From Treponemataceae bacterium (lineage in GTDB: Bacteria; Spirochaetota; Spirochaetia; Treponematales; Rectinemataceae): a DNA stretch of 64,000 bases. Position numbers and translations under genes: made by a program. The notes below the pieces were generated by a model. It had not been told where the DNA came from and did no database searches. It saw nothing but the letters and a program-made list of their open reading frames with translations. Shown here piece by piece: positions 9,830 to 18,602 of this stretch (its first letter is position 1; every line of letters starts with the position of its first letter). The stretch covers positions 224,001-288,000 of the forward strand of contig CAXXVZ010000002.1 in NCBI GenBank assembly GCA_963678065.2, written 5' to 3'.

Positions 9830-10723
9830 TCATTCCTGGACCCACTTTTTCGAGGACCGGTTCTGAAACAGCGTGAACACGAGTATTATCAGGAACAGCA
9901 TGAGGGCCATGGCCGAAGCGTAGCCCATGCGGAAATTTCTGAAGGCCGACTGGAAGATGTACATGACGAGGGTGTTGGTCGCATTCCCGGGTCCTCCCTG
10001 GGTCAGGACCGAGGTGAGGTCGAAAACCTGGAAGGCGCTTATTATCGAGGTGACGAGGACGAAAAAGGTCGTCGGCGAAATGAGAGGAACGGTGATGTGC
10101 ACGAATTCCTGGAAGACATTGGCTCCGTCCACTCTCGCGGCCTCGTAGTAGGTGCGCGAAATCCCCTGCAATCCCGCGAGAAAAATGACCATCACGTAGC
10201 CGATCTCCTTCCAGACGGCCACGCCGATGACACTGGGCATGGCATACTTCGTCGACGAGAGCCAGGGCACGGGTTCCCCTCCGAAAAATCTGACGATGAG
10301 GTTGAGAAGACCCGAGGACTGCTCGAAGAGTGGCTGCCAGATCAGGGCCACGGAAACCGCCGAACAGATCACCGGAATGAAGACGATCGTGCGGAAAAAA
10401 TTGCGGCCGCGGATCTGGCGGTTGAGGATTATGGCGAGAAACATCGCGATCGCCATGGTGAGAGGAACCTTCGCGAAGACAAAGAGCGCCGTATTGGCCG
10501 TCGACTTCCAGAAGAGCGAGTCCGCAAAGAGCTCAGCGAAATTCGCGAACCCGAGAAAGCTCGGCTTGTTGAGGAGCTTCCAGTCGAAAAAACTCAGGAC
10601 GAAGGAAGTGATCACGGGAATGGCCGTGAGTACGAGAAAGCCCAGGAGATTGGGCAGAAAGAACAGGATCGCAGCGATTATTTCCTTTCTCTGCGAGTCG
10701 AATCGGCGGGATCTCATGGGCAT
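9830..10723 (-). CDS. Carbohydrate ABC transporter permease (MalF/UgpA-like)
   Basis: Motifs YEAARVDGA, TQGGPGNAT and GYASAMA. Confidence 0.92.
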   Translation of the reverse strand: MPMRSRRFDSQRKEIIAAILFFLPNLLGFLVLTAIPVITSFVLSFFDWKLLNKPSFLGFANFAELFADSLFWKSTANTALFVFAKVPLTMAIAMFLAIILNRQIRGRNFFRTIVFIPVICSAVSVALIWQPLFEQSSGLLNLIVRFFGGEPVPWLSSTKYAMPSVIGVAVWKEIGYVMVIFLAGLQGISRTYYEAARVDGANVFQEFVHITVPLISPTTFFVLVTSIISAFQVFDLTSVLTQGGPGNATNTLVMYIFQSAFRNFRMGYASAMALMLFLIILVFTLFQNRSSKKWVQE

Positions 10724-10772
10724 TTCTCCGGAAAGGTGGCGGACGGCGGGACTCGCGGCTCCGCGAACGAAC

Positions 10773-10814
10773 CCGGGGCTGGCGTAGCGGGACTTTCCGC
10801 TACGCTAGCCCCGG
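10773..10814. terminator. Long stem-loop downstream of the SBP gene (partial terminator or mRNA stabiliser)
   Basis: CCGGGGCTGGCGTAGCGGGA-CT-TTCCGCTACGCTAGCCCCGG; 20-nt arms with 2 mismatches. Confidence 0.6.
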
Positions 10815-10828
10815 ATCGGAAACGATGC

Positions 10829-12094
10829 TTACTTGCCGGTCCTGTCAAGAACGGCCTGAGCCTTGGACGCGATTTCCTTCATGGCGACTTCCGCGGTCTT
10901 GTCGCCCGTGAGTACGAGCTGGAGGGCGGGCCTCACGATCTGCTCGACCTCGAGCCAGCCGGCGCGCAGCGGGAGTTTGTGGCCATAGAACTTGGAGATC
11001 GCCTTGGAGTTGGCCTCGACGAGCTTGGGATACTTGGTGGTGTCGGCGTAGAGGCCCCAGTACTTGGCTGAGTCCATGGTCGGCGGCATGCGCTTGGCCT
11101 GCATGTAGAGAGTCTCGCCCTTGCCTTCCGGTCCGCGGAGGTACTTGAGGAAGGTCCAGGCCGCGTCCTGCTTCTTGCTGCCGGCAGCGATGCCGACGAT
11201 GTTGGACTTGAACACGCTGGTGTTCTTGAACTTGCCGTTGGGCATGGGCATGACTTCGAAGCGGACACCCTCGACTTTCTGGGTCGAGAGGATCTCGGCG
11301 GCCGATCCCATGCGCATGGCGACCTTGTTGTTGACGAAGAGTCTGGTATTGATATCGGCGGTCGCGGAGACTGTCTCGGGGGGCAGGTATCCCTGCTTGA
11401 GAAGGTCGGCGAGGCGCTGAATGGCCTGCACCGCGGCGCTCTGATCGAGAGTGAATTTACTCCTGTCGGCGCTGAAGAGGTCGCCGCCGTTCGCCCAGAC
11501 CCAGGGAAGAATGGTGGAGATCGTGCCGGCTTCGAAGGCGAATCCGTATACTTTGTCGGCACCGGAGCCCTTGGTCACGGCCTTGCAGATCGCGACGAAG
11601 TCATCCCAGGACCAGTCGTTGGAGGGCATCTTGACCCCGGCCTTCTCGAGCACATCGAGATTGACGAACATGTACAGAGGCGATGTCGCCCAGGGAAGCC
11701 CGTAGAGCTTGTTGTTGTAGGTGCACTCTTCGATGCCCTGCTGGTAGTAGCCGGACAGGTCGATTTTCTCTTTGGCGACAAGGTCGTCAATGCCCTTCAG
11801 GGCTCCGACCTTCATGAAGTCGTCGAAGTAGTAGGAATCGACGCGCATGACGTCCGGAGCGGCGCCGCCGGCGATCATGGTGAGAAGTTTGGTGTGGTAG
11901 TCGCCGTAGGCCGAGACGATGGGCTCGACCTTGATGCCGGGATTGAGGGACTCGAATTCCTCGATGATGTCTTTTTCGACGCCGATGGCGTCCGGGTTGC
12001 CCCAGAACGCGTACTTGATGGTCGTTTTGGCCTGCGCGCCGGCGATGGACGCCACGAGGGCGAGGGCTGCGAGCGTTGCGAGAAGTCGTTTCAT
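10829..12094 (-). CDS. Carbohydrate ABC transporter substrate-binding protein (family 1)
   Basis: Signal peptide MKRLLATLAALALVASIAGA; motifs GAAPDV, LYGLP and WTFLKYL; AAGGAGG SD. Confidence 0.92.
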   Translation of the reverse strand: MKRLLATLAALALVASIAGAQAKTTIKYAFWGNPDAIGVEKDIIEEFESLNPGIKVEPIVSAYGDYHTKLLTMIAGGAAPDVMRVDSYYFDDFMKVGALKGIDDLVAKEKIDLSGYYQQGIEECTYNNKLYGLPWATSPLYMFVNLDVLEKAGVKMPSNDWSWDDFVAICKAVTKGSGADKVYGFAFEAGTISTILPWVWANGGDLFSADRSKFTLDQSAAVQAIQRLADLLKQGYLPPETVSATADINTRLFVNNKVAMRMGSAAEILSTQKVEGVRFEVMPMPNGKFKNTSVFKSNIVGIAAGSKKQDAAWTFLKYLRGPEGKGETLYMQAKRMPPTMDSAKYWGLYADTTKYPKLVEANSKAISKFYGHKLPLRAGWLEVEQIVRPALQLVLTGDKTAEVAMKEIASKAQAVLDRTGK

Positions 12095-12140
12095 GAATGC
12101 CTCCTTGAAATGATTCTGCGTTTCCACATGAAGATTTATG

Positions 12141-12197
12141 AGTATAGGAATGGTTTTCCGCCCCGCGATATGTCAGCGTATGAACGGGAGTTGTCAA
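12141..12197 (-). promoter_or_regulatory. Activator-dependent promoter with TGACA direct repeats at 21-bp period, upstream of the ABC operon
   Basis: Minus strand reads TTGACAA-N13-GCTGACATATCG-N17-CCTATACT; the same architecture occurs at 13561-13617. Confidence 0.7.
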
Positions 12198-12272
12198 AAA
12201 ATCAGCAGTCGCTCAGGACATCGCCCGCTCTCTTTTTTCAGCAGTCGCGATAGCTCGCCATCGCGACCTTTC

Positions 12273-13493
12273 TTAGTAGTCGCGATGGCGGTCGAACTCG
12301 TCCAGCATGGCCATGAAATTGTCGTACTTCGTGCCCACGGCTACGGAGTGGCTCGAGCCGAAAATGTAGCCGCCGGGACGCCCGTCGGGCCCCGGTGTCT
12401 TTCCCGCGGCGAGCGCCGCGCGCACATCGGCCCGAACTTCCTCCATCGATCCGTCGACGAGGTGCTCGACGGGAAGGCCGCCCCACTGGCAGATCCTGTC
12501 CCCGTACGCGGCCCTGACGCCCGCGAGGTCCATGCCCGCGGTCGGCTGGATGGACTGGTAGCAGGCGTAGCCTATTTCGGCAAACTGGTCCATGAGCTCG
12601 GTGTTGTTTCCGCAGGCGTGCTTGAACACCGGCAGACCGTACTCTTCCGCGAGTATGCGCACGCGCTTTTTCGCGAAGTCCGTGACGTAGCGGCGGAACA
12701 TGTCCGGAGAAATCATGGGGCCCGTCTTGTAGGCGAAATCCTGGGCCCACATCACGGCGTCCTGGCCGGGGCGTATCATGGCGCGGTCGCGCGCGCAGGC
12801 GCGTCGGAACTGTTCGCGGGCGACGGCGAGGGCGAGATCCGGCTGCAGCGCATACTCGCACAGCGAGCGCTCCGACAGCGGCGAGTTCGTTCCCGTAAAG
12901 AAAGGCAGCTCCGATTCGTCGCCCGCGGCCCAGAGAATGTACCTGTCGGCGCCCAGTTCCCGGATTACATGGTCGACGACTTCGAAGATGGAGGGATCAG
13001 GCGCTTCGACTGCGGAAAGATCGCTCTCCGCGACAGTGCCATGCGCAGACACCGTAGCGGGCATCCCACCGGGAACGCCGATCTCACGCTCCCACTCGCC
13101 GGGGTCCTCGACGATCGAGATGTCCATCGTGGCCTCGGAGAGCCTGTAGACGCGCCCCTCGCGGTCGCGCCAGGTGCCCTCGGCGATTTTCGCGGGAGCC
13201 TCGGGCCTGTAGCCCTTGGGAGGCACCGTGCCGAAGGCCATGGCGTTCACGTTGACGATATCGTAGACGCCGAGCTTCCGGTACAGTTCGACGGAATCTT
13301 CCTTCCAGCTCTGGACGACCTCGTCGCGCCGTCCCTCCCAGAACGCGATCTGGGACTTGGCTTTGGCCCTGAGGTAGGTCTCGTGTCCGAGAATCCGCTC
13401 TGCAGTATCGAAATCGATGGCGAACTCGCCGGCCGGAATCCTGTCCGGCTGTTCATGGGCGAGGGCTGCCCTGACGCGCTCTTTGGAATTCAC
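12273..13493 (-). CDS. Uroporphyrinogen decarboxylase (UroD/MtaA-CmuA) family protein
   Basis: N-terminal MNSKERVRAALAHEQPDRIP; motifs DFAYKTGPMISP, KHACG and GGYIFGSSHSV. Confidence 0.85.
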   Translation of the reverse strand: MNSKERVRAALAHEQPDRIPAGEFAIDFDTAERILGHETYLRAKAKSQIAFWEGRRDEVVQSWKEDSVELYRKLGVYDIVNVNAMAFGTVPPKGYRPEAPAKIAEGTWRDREGRVYRLSEATMDISIVEDPGEWEREIGVPGGMPATVSAHGTVAESDLSAVEAPDPSIFEVVDHVIRELGADRYILWAAGDESELPFFTGTNSPLSERSLCEYALQPDLALAVAREQFRRACARDRAMIRPGQDAVMWAQDFAYKTGPMISPDMFRRYVTDFAKKRVRILAEEYGLPVFKHACGNNTELMDQFAEIGYACYQSIQPTAGMDLAGVRAAYGDRICQWGGLPVEHLVDGSMEEVRADVRAALAAGKTPGPDGRPGGYIFGSSHSVAVGTKYDNFMAMLDEFDRHRDY

Positions 13494-13560
13494 GGATACC
13501 TCCCTTGTCCCGCATGCGAATCAGGCGGGGACTTCCGCCACTCCCACCCTGCGTGAGAAC

Positions 13561-13617
13561 AGTATAGGGGGCGATTCCGGGAAGCCGATATGTCAGCCTT
13601 GCCGGGAAACTTGTCAA
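13561..13617 (-). promoter_or_regulatory. Second copy of the activator-dependent promoter, upstream of the UroD-family gene
   Basis: AGTATAGG, CGATATGTCAGC and TTGTCAA blocks all lie exactly 1420 bp from the first copy. Confidence 0.7.
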
Positions 13618-13671
13618 TTTACCGCCGGAACCGGAACAATATCCGAAATTCCTGAAAATCAGGCCTGGATC

Positions 13672-14655
13672 CTAAATCCCGCAGTATTCCAGAACCGCCC
13701 GGTATCCCCATTCGTCCCACTCCTCTTTGACCCCGATACCCGGAAGGTCGGGATAGACCTTGACGATGAGGCAGCCGTCGAAAATCCGGCACATGGTCAG
13801 GGTCTGTTCCCGGATATAGTCGCGGTCCCCCGTCGGCAGGACTTTCTGGATGTCGATGGGGCTCCAGAGGGCCACGCGGCGCCTGCGGAACAGGGCAAGG
13901 AGGTCCTCCATGTCGTAGACCGTCGGCTGGTCGAACTGGAAAGCGTCCACGCCGCAATCGATCAGGTCATCCAGTATGGCACGATTCTGGCCGCAGCTGT
14001 GCATGAGCACCTTCATGCCCGCTTCGTGGGCCATGCCCATAAGGCGGGAATAGAGATCCTTGAAGTAGTCTCTGAACATGGAGGGGGAAAAGAGCAGTCC
14101 CGTCTGGGTCCCCATATCCTCGCCGATCATGATCGCTTCGGCTCCGGCCTTCGCTGAGGCCAGGATGAGGCTCTCATACAGTTCCGCCACGCGCTCGTGC
14201 ACGGCACAAAGCTCTTCCGGATAGAGGGCCATATCCAGGAGGTAGACCTCGAGCTTTCGCAGGTAGCGCGCGTTGTCGAAGACCCAACCGCCGATGCTGG
14301 CGACGCGGTACTTTCCCCCATCCGGGTCTTCGGCGAAGCCGGCGCGGATCCGCTGGGCTGCCTTGTCAATATCGTAGGCGGGCGCGCGGAAGGATTTCAG
14401 CCCCTCCCAGGTCGGAAGGGCTGGGGTATGGATTTCTCCTTTGACCGGACCATCCATCATGCGGACCCAGAGATTGCCCCACATATCGTCGTAATATTCT
14501 TTGTTGTCCTCTTTCCAGCGCTTTTGGACATAGCCCTCGGGACTTCCCGGAAAGCCGAACACCATGTCGCAGAGGCGGCCCCGGTCGAAGGTCAGTCCGG
14601 GGCGCAGGGCTCCGGTCTGATTCAGGTTTGCGAGAACGATTTCCCTCGAAGTCAT
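13672..14655 (-). CDS. Uroporphyrinogen decarboxylase family protein
   Basis: Start MTSREIV after an AGGAGAGG SD; motifs DMWGNLW, EDMGTQTGLLFSP, MHSCG and DIQKVLP. Confidence 0.85.
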   Translation of the reverse strand: MTSREIVLANLNQTGALRPGLTFDRGRLCDMVFGFPGSPEGYVQKRWKEDNKEYYDDMWGNLWVRMMDGPVKGEIHTPALPTWEGLKSFRAPAYDIDKAAQRIRAGFAEDPDGGKYRVASIGGWVFDNARYLRKLEVYLLDMALYPEELCAVHERVAELYESLILASAKAGAEAIMIGEDMGTQTGLLFSPSMFRDYFKDLYSRLMGMAHEAGMKVLMHSCGQNRAILDDLIDCGVDAFQFDQPTVYDMEDLLALFRRRRVALWSPIDIQKVLPTGDRDYIREQTLTMCRIFDGCLIVKVYPDLPGIGVKEEWDEWGYRAVLEYCGI

Positions 14656-14751
14656 TCTTCCTCTCCTGTAGAATAGGTAATTGTATTTTATATCCATCAA
14701 AACGTGTAAACTATGGAAAATGGTGACATTATTTTGTACTCTGGTATCATT

Positions 14752-15687
14752 ATGACCGAATCTGGATTTCGGGGAAGGTTGATTGTCAATTCCGTCTGTC
14801 CACCTGTCGAACTGGATGGTCCGCTGAAGACGGCGATCGAAGCCATCCACGCCAGCTGGCGTTTTCCCGCAGAGAGAAACGACGGGCGGAGAGAACACCG
14901 GCACGAGGTCTTTCACTTCGTCGCGGTGACCGGCGGACGCGGATCTTTCCTTATCGAGGGCGAAAACTGTCCCTTCGACGGCCCCAGCCTCTTCCTCGTC
15001 GATCCTTTCGTCCCCCACGTTTTTTCCACCCGGGCGGCGGAATGCGCCGAATATCACGAGTTCACCTTCGGCGTCCGGGGAAAATCGGCGCCCCGCGGTT
15101 GGGGCGAGTTGCTGACGGCCGTCTTCATGAAGCCCTCTTTATCGGGCCGGTATCCCATTCCCTCCGTTCTGGTCCTGGATGAAGATTCATTCGCCCTGAC
15201 CGGATCCCTGATCAAGGGTATAACCCGAATACTGGTTTCCCGCTCTCCCTCGCCGCTCTTTTCTTCGTATATCAGGATGCTGATCGCATGCGCCTTCGAG
15301 CGCGTCGAAGCGGGGGAACCCGGCGCGGCGGGAAAAGAGGCGTGCGATCCTCTCGAAAAGGCGAAGGCATATCTGGAGCTGCGCTACTCGGAGCGCTTCG
15401 ATCTCGCGCGTTTGGCGGCGGCCGCAGGTCTGTCCGAGAAACATCTCTGCCGCGCCTTCGGGAAGCGCTACGGCACGACGCCCTTCCGCATGAAGCGTGA
15501 GCTCGCGATGAGGAGCGCCGGACGTCTTCTGAGTTCCACGCGGTACCCGATCAAGTCCGTGGCCGAGACTGTCGGATTCGACGACATGTACCATTTTGCC
15601 AAGGCTTTCCGGGCCTGGAGCGGGATGCCGCCGGGGCGCTTCCGGGCCGAGCGGAGCGGCGGGAAGACGGAGCTCCCCGAAGCGTGA
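14752..15687 (+). CDS. AraC family transcriptional regulator (cupin + HTH)
   Basis: Cupin HRHEVFH; HTH motifs LSEKHLCRAF and GFDDMYHFAKAF; start could be 14713. Confidence 0.85.
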   Translation: MTESGFRGRLIVNSVCPPVELDGPLKTAIEAIHASWRFPAERNDGRREHRHEVFHFVAVTGGRGSFLIEGENCPFDGPSLFLVDPFVPHVFSTRAAECAEYHEFTFGVRGKSAPRGWGELLTAVFMKPSLSGRYPIPSVLVLDEDSFALTGSLIKGITRILVSRSPSPLFSSYIRMLIACAFERVEAGEPGAAGKEACDPLEKAKAYLELRYSERFDLARLAAAAGLSEKHLCRAFGKRYGTTPFRMKRELAMRSAGRLLSSTRYPIKSVAETVGFDDMYHFAKAFRAWSGMPPGRFRAERSGGKTELPEA

Positions 15688-15708
15688 GAGGCCGGGATCG
15701 ACGGCAGA

Positions 15709-16125
15709 TCAGTTTGTGGCGGATGCGCACCCGGCACAGAGACCCTCGATATAAATCTGTATCGATTCGGCGAGGAAACCCTCGGGAAGGGCGAAGGACG
15801 CAGGAAGGGCGGGAACCTGGAGGCGGGGAAGGTCGGATACCGAGCCGCAGACGCGGCAGAGAAAATGGACGTGGGGCGAAATGTCCGCGTCGAAGCGGAG
15901 CTCCGTCCCCGAGATGGTGAGTTTCTGCGCGAGGCCGGAGCGGGCGAAGAGATCGAGGGTGTTGTAAACGGTCGTGCGGGAGAGCGTCGCGATCTCGGGC
16001 GCGAGGGTGGCATGAATGCCGTCCGCCGAAGGATGCGCGCGGGTCGCGGCGAGAGTTTCGTAGATGCGGATGCGCTGGAAGGATGGCTGGATGCCGCGTT
16101 CACGCAGTAAATCGGCGGTACTCAT
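15709..16125 (-). CDS. perR: Fur family peroxide stress regulator, PerR-like
   Basis: Motifs QRIRIY, HPSAD, TTVYNTL, HVHFLCRVC and terminal CAGC; adjacent to rubrerythrin. Confidence 0.8.
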   Translation of the reverse strand: MSTADLLRERGIQPSFQRIRIYETLAATRAHPSADGIHATLAPEIATLSRTTVYNTLDLFARSGLAQKLTISGTELRFDADISPHVHFLCRVCGSVSDLPRLQVPALPASFALPEGFLAESIQIYIEGLCAGCASATN

Positions 16126-16149
16126 GCCTTCCTTCCTTGGAATTCGCGC

Positions 16150-16698
16150 TTATTTGAAGTACCGGGCGAGAAGTCCGCGGAATGCGGAACCGTGGCGGGC
16201 CTCGTCCTTGCACATCTCGTGGACAGTGTCGTGGATGGCGTCGTAGCCGAGTTCCTTGGCGCGCTTCGCTATCTTGAGCTTGCCCTCGCAGGCGCCGTAT
16301 TCGGCGTCGGCGCGCAGCATGAGGTTGGTCTTGGTGTCGGCGTAGACGACTTCGCCGAGAAGCTCGGCGAAGCGGGAGGCGTGATCGGCCTCTTCGTAGG
16401 CGATGCGGCGGTAGGCCTCGGCGACCTCGGGATAGCCCTCGCGGTCGGCCTGGCGGCTCATGGCGAGATACATTCCGACTTCGGTGCATTCTCCGGTGAA
16501 GTTCATGCGAAGACCCTGGACGACTTCCTCGTCGAGCCCCTTCGCGACGCCGATGCGGTGCTCATCGGCCCAGACGGCGCTGGAGGCCGCTGTCTTCTCG
16601 ACAAATTTCTCTTTGGGGGCGCCGCACTGGGAGCACTTCGCAGGAGTTTCCTCGCCGATGAAGATGTAGCCGCAGACCGAGCATACGAAGGTTTTCAT
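16150..16698 (-). CDS. rbr: Reverse rubrerythrin (N-terminal rubredoxin, NADH peroxidase)
   Basis: CSVCGY...CSQC followed by ferritin-like [14 protein letters not shown] and DEARH. Confidence 0.92.
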   Translation of the reverse strand: MKTFVCSVCGYIFIGEETPAKCSQCGAPKEKFVEKTAASSAVWADEHRIGVAKGLDEEVVQGLRMNFTGECTEVGMYLAMSRQADREGYPEVAEAYRRIAYEEADHASRFAELLGEVVYADTKTNLMLRADAEYGACEGKLKIAKRAKELGYDAIHDTVHEMCKDEARHGSAFRGLLARYFK

Positions 16699-16724
16699 GT
16701 TCTCTCCTTGAATTAAGTACACTG

Positions 16725-16770
16725 TTGTATTAAGTACAATACTTATACACCATGATTCGGAAATATGCAA
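16725..16770 (-). promoter_or_regulatory. Sigma70 promoter of rbr-perR with downstream inverted repeat (candidate PerR box)
   Basis: Minus strand TTGCAT-N17-TATAAG; palindrome TTGTA-TTAAG-TACAA at 16725-16739. Confidence 0.6.
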
Positions 16771-16867
16771 GCCTGATCTGTGGTTTGATTTTTGGTTGAG
16801 GCAACACGGCCACATCCGAATGAACGAAACCCGAGGCCAAGCTTCAAGGTGTGGACTCGCGTGCGAA

Positions 16868-17662
16868 TCAGCGGGGTTCTTTCCTGTTCGTTCCGACTCC
16901 GCGCAGAAGATCGCTCAGCGCTGCGCCGGCGCGCCTGGTCTCGGCGATGAACGCGTCCATCTGGTCTTCCATTCTTTCCCGCGGCCCGGAAATGCCGATC
17001 GCCGCTTCGACGACTCCCTCGAAATTGTAGACCGGCGCCGCGACGCAGATCACGCTTTTCTCATTTTCTTCTATATCTGTCGCGTATCCCCTCGACCTGA
17101 CGGCGGTCAATTCCTGAGCAAGTTCTCCGGGGTCGACGATAGTGCGGTCGGTGTACTGTTCAAGAGGAGCGCCGCCTAAAAGGCGATCGAGGCGCTCCAC
17201 GTCCAGCGCGCAGATGAGGCATTTGCCGACAGCGGTGCAATGCAGGTCCTCGGTCTCGCCGATGTTCGTGTTGGCCGCTATCGTCTTGGCGGCCCGCTCC
17301 CTGTCGATGAATACAGCCTTGTTTCCCGACAGCACCGCGAGATGGGCGTTCTCTTTCGTCGTATGGGCAAGCCGCTTCAGAATGGGAGACGCGAGATCGG
17401 TGATCTTGAGCTGGTCGTGGAGAGCTGCCGCGAGCTTGTAGATGCCGAAACCGAGACGATACGCCTTTCTGCTCTCGTCCTGTCTGACGAGCCCGAATTT
17501 CATCAGCGTCGAGAGAAGCCTGAACACCGAACTTCTGTCGATGCCTATGGTCTCCGACAGACCGTCCAGACCGCAGGCGATCTCGGGGTTTTCCGCGATG
17601 GTGAAGAGGAGACTCAGAGCCCGGTCGACTGACTGGACGCCCGTGGATTCGCTTTTCGGCAT
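16868..17662 (-). CDS. IclR family transcriptional regulator
   Basis: Motifs [31 protein letters not shown] and CVAAPV. Confidence 0.92.
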   Translation of the reverse strand: MPKSESTGVQSVDRALSLLFTIAENPEIACGLDGLSETIGIDRSSVFRLLSTLMKFGLVRQDESRKAYRLGFGIYKLAAALHDQLKITDLASPILKRLAHTTKENAHLAVLSGNKAVFIDRERAAKTIAANTNIGETEDLHCTAVGKCLICALDVERLDRLLGGAPLEQYTDRTIVDPGELAQELTAVRSRGYATDIEENEKSVICVAAPVYNFEGVVEAAIGISGPRERMEDQMDAFIAETRRAGAALSDLLRGVGTNRKEPR

Positions 17663-17712
17663 GCGGACTACTATACGTCCCGGTTCGGGGAAATGCAAGA
17701 ATCACAATTTCA

Positions 17713-17747
17713 TTGACTAATACACAATAGTATTTCATAATACACAA
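17713..17747 (+). promoter_or_regulatory. Sigma70 promoter of the transketolase operon, overlapped by a direct repeat (candidate IclR operator)
   Basis: TTGACT-N17-CATAAT; TAATACACAA at 17718 and 17738. Confidence 0.6.
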
Positions 17748-17762
17748 CACAGGAGATTACTG

Positions 17763-18602
17763 ATGCATTCCACCCCTCCGACGATCGGTGAACTCGAATC
17801 GAAGGCACGAGAAATACGCCGACTCATCCTGCGGACGACCCATCACGCCGGCATGGGTCACACGGGCGGCTCCCTCTCGGAAGCGGATCTGCTCGCCGCG
17901 CTCTTCTTCAAGGTCCTCAGAAACCGCGATCCCGCCAACCCGGACAGGATCGACAGGGACCGCTTCATTCTCTCCAAGGGACACGCATCTCCGGGCTACT
18001 ACGCGGCGCTGGCGTTGCGCGGCTATTTCCCGCCAAAGACGCTCGAGAGCTTCGACACTCTGGGCAGCATCCTGCAAGCCCATCCCGACATGAAGAAGAC
18101 TCCCGGAGTCGACATGTCCTCGGGTTCGCTCGGACAAGGGCTGTCCTGCGGCCTCGGCATGGCTCTGGCCGCGCTGAGGGACCCGGCCATGGCGGGAGTC
18201 AGGATCTTCGTCCTCATGGGCGACGGCGAACTGCAGGAAGGCCAGATTTGGGAAGCGGCGCTCTACGCGGGCGCACACCGACTTCCGGGGCTGATCGGCA
18301 TCGTCGACATGAATGGCGTGCAGCTGGCCTCGAAGACCGACGAGGCGGTGGGGCTTTATCCCCTCGCGGAAAAATGGAGAGCCTTCGGGTGGACCGTGCT
18401 CGAAACCGATGGACACGCGATGGCTTCCCTCGCACAGACGCTCGAGAGCGCGCGCGAACTCGCCTCTTCGGGGCCGGTGCTGGTCATCGCCCGAACGGTC
18501 AAGGGCAAGGGAGTCTCGTTCATGGAAGGGCGATATGAATGGCACGGGAAGGCGCCCGATGACCGCGAGTTCGAGCTCGCGATGCGGGAGATAGGCGAAT
18601 GA
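17763..18602 (+). CDS. Transketolase, N-terminal ThDP-binding subunit (split type)
   Basis: Motifs GHTGGSLS, DRFILSKGHA, SGSLGQG, GDGELQEGQIWE and TVKGKG. Confidence 0.92.
   Translation: MHSTPPTIGELESKAREIRRLILRTTHHAGMGHTGGSLSEADLLAALFFKVLRNRDPANPDRIDRDRFILSKGHASPGYYAALALRGYFPPKTLESFDTLGSILQAHPDMKKTPGVDMSSGSLGQGLSCGLGMALAALRDPAMAGVRIFVLMGDGELQEGQIWEAALYAGAHRLPGLIGIVDMNGVQLASKTDEAVGLYPLAEKWRAFGWTVLETDGHAMASLAQTLESARELASSGPVLVIARTVKGKGVSFMEGRYEWHGKAPDDREFELAMREIGE

Noticed and set aside
12273..14655. Calling the UroD-family genes hemE
   Set aside because: They lack the HemE N-terminal RQAGR motif, carry H-x-C motifs and have no tetrapyrrole context.
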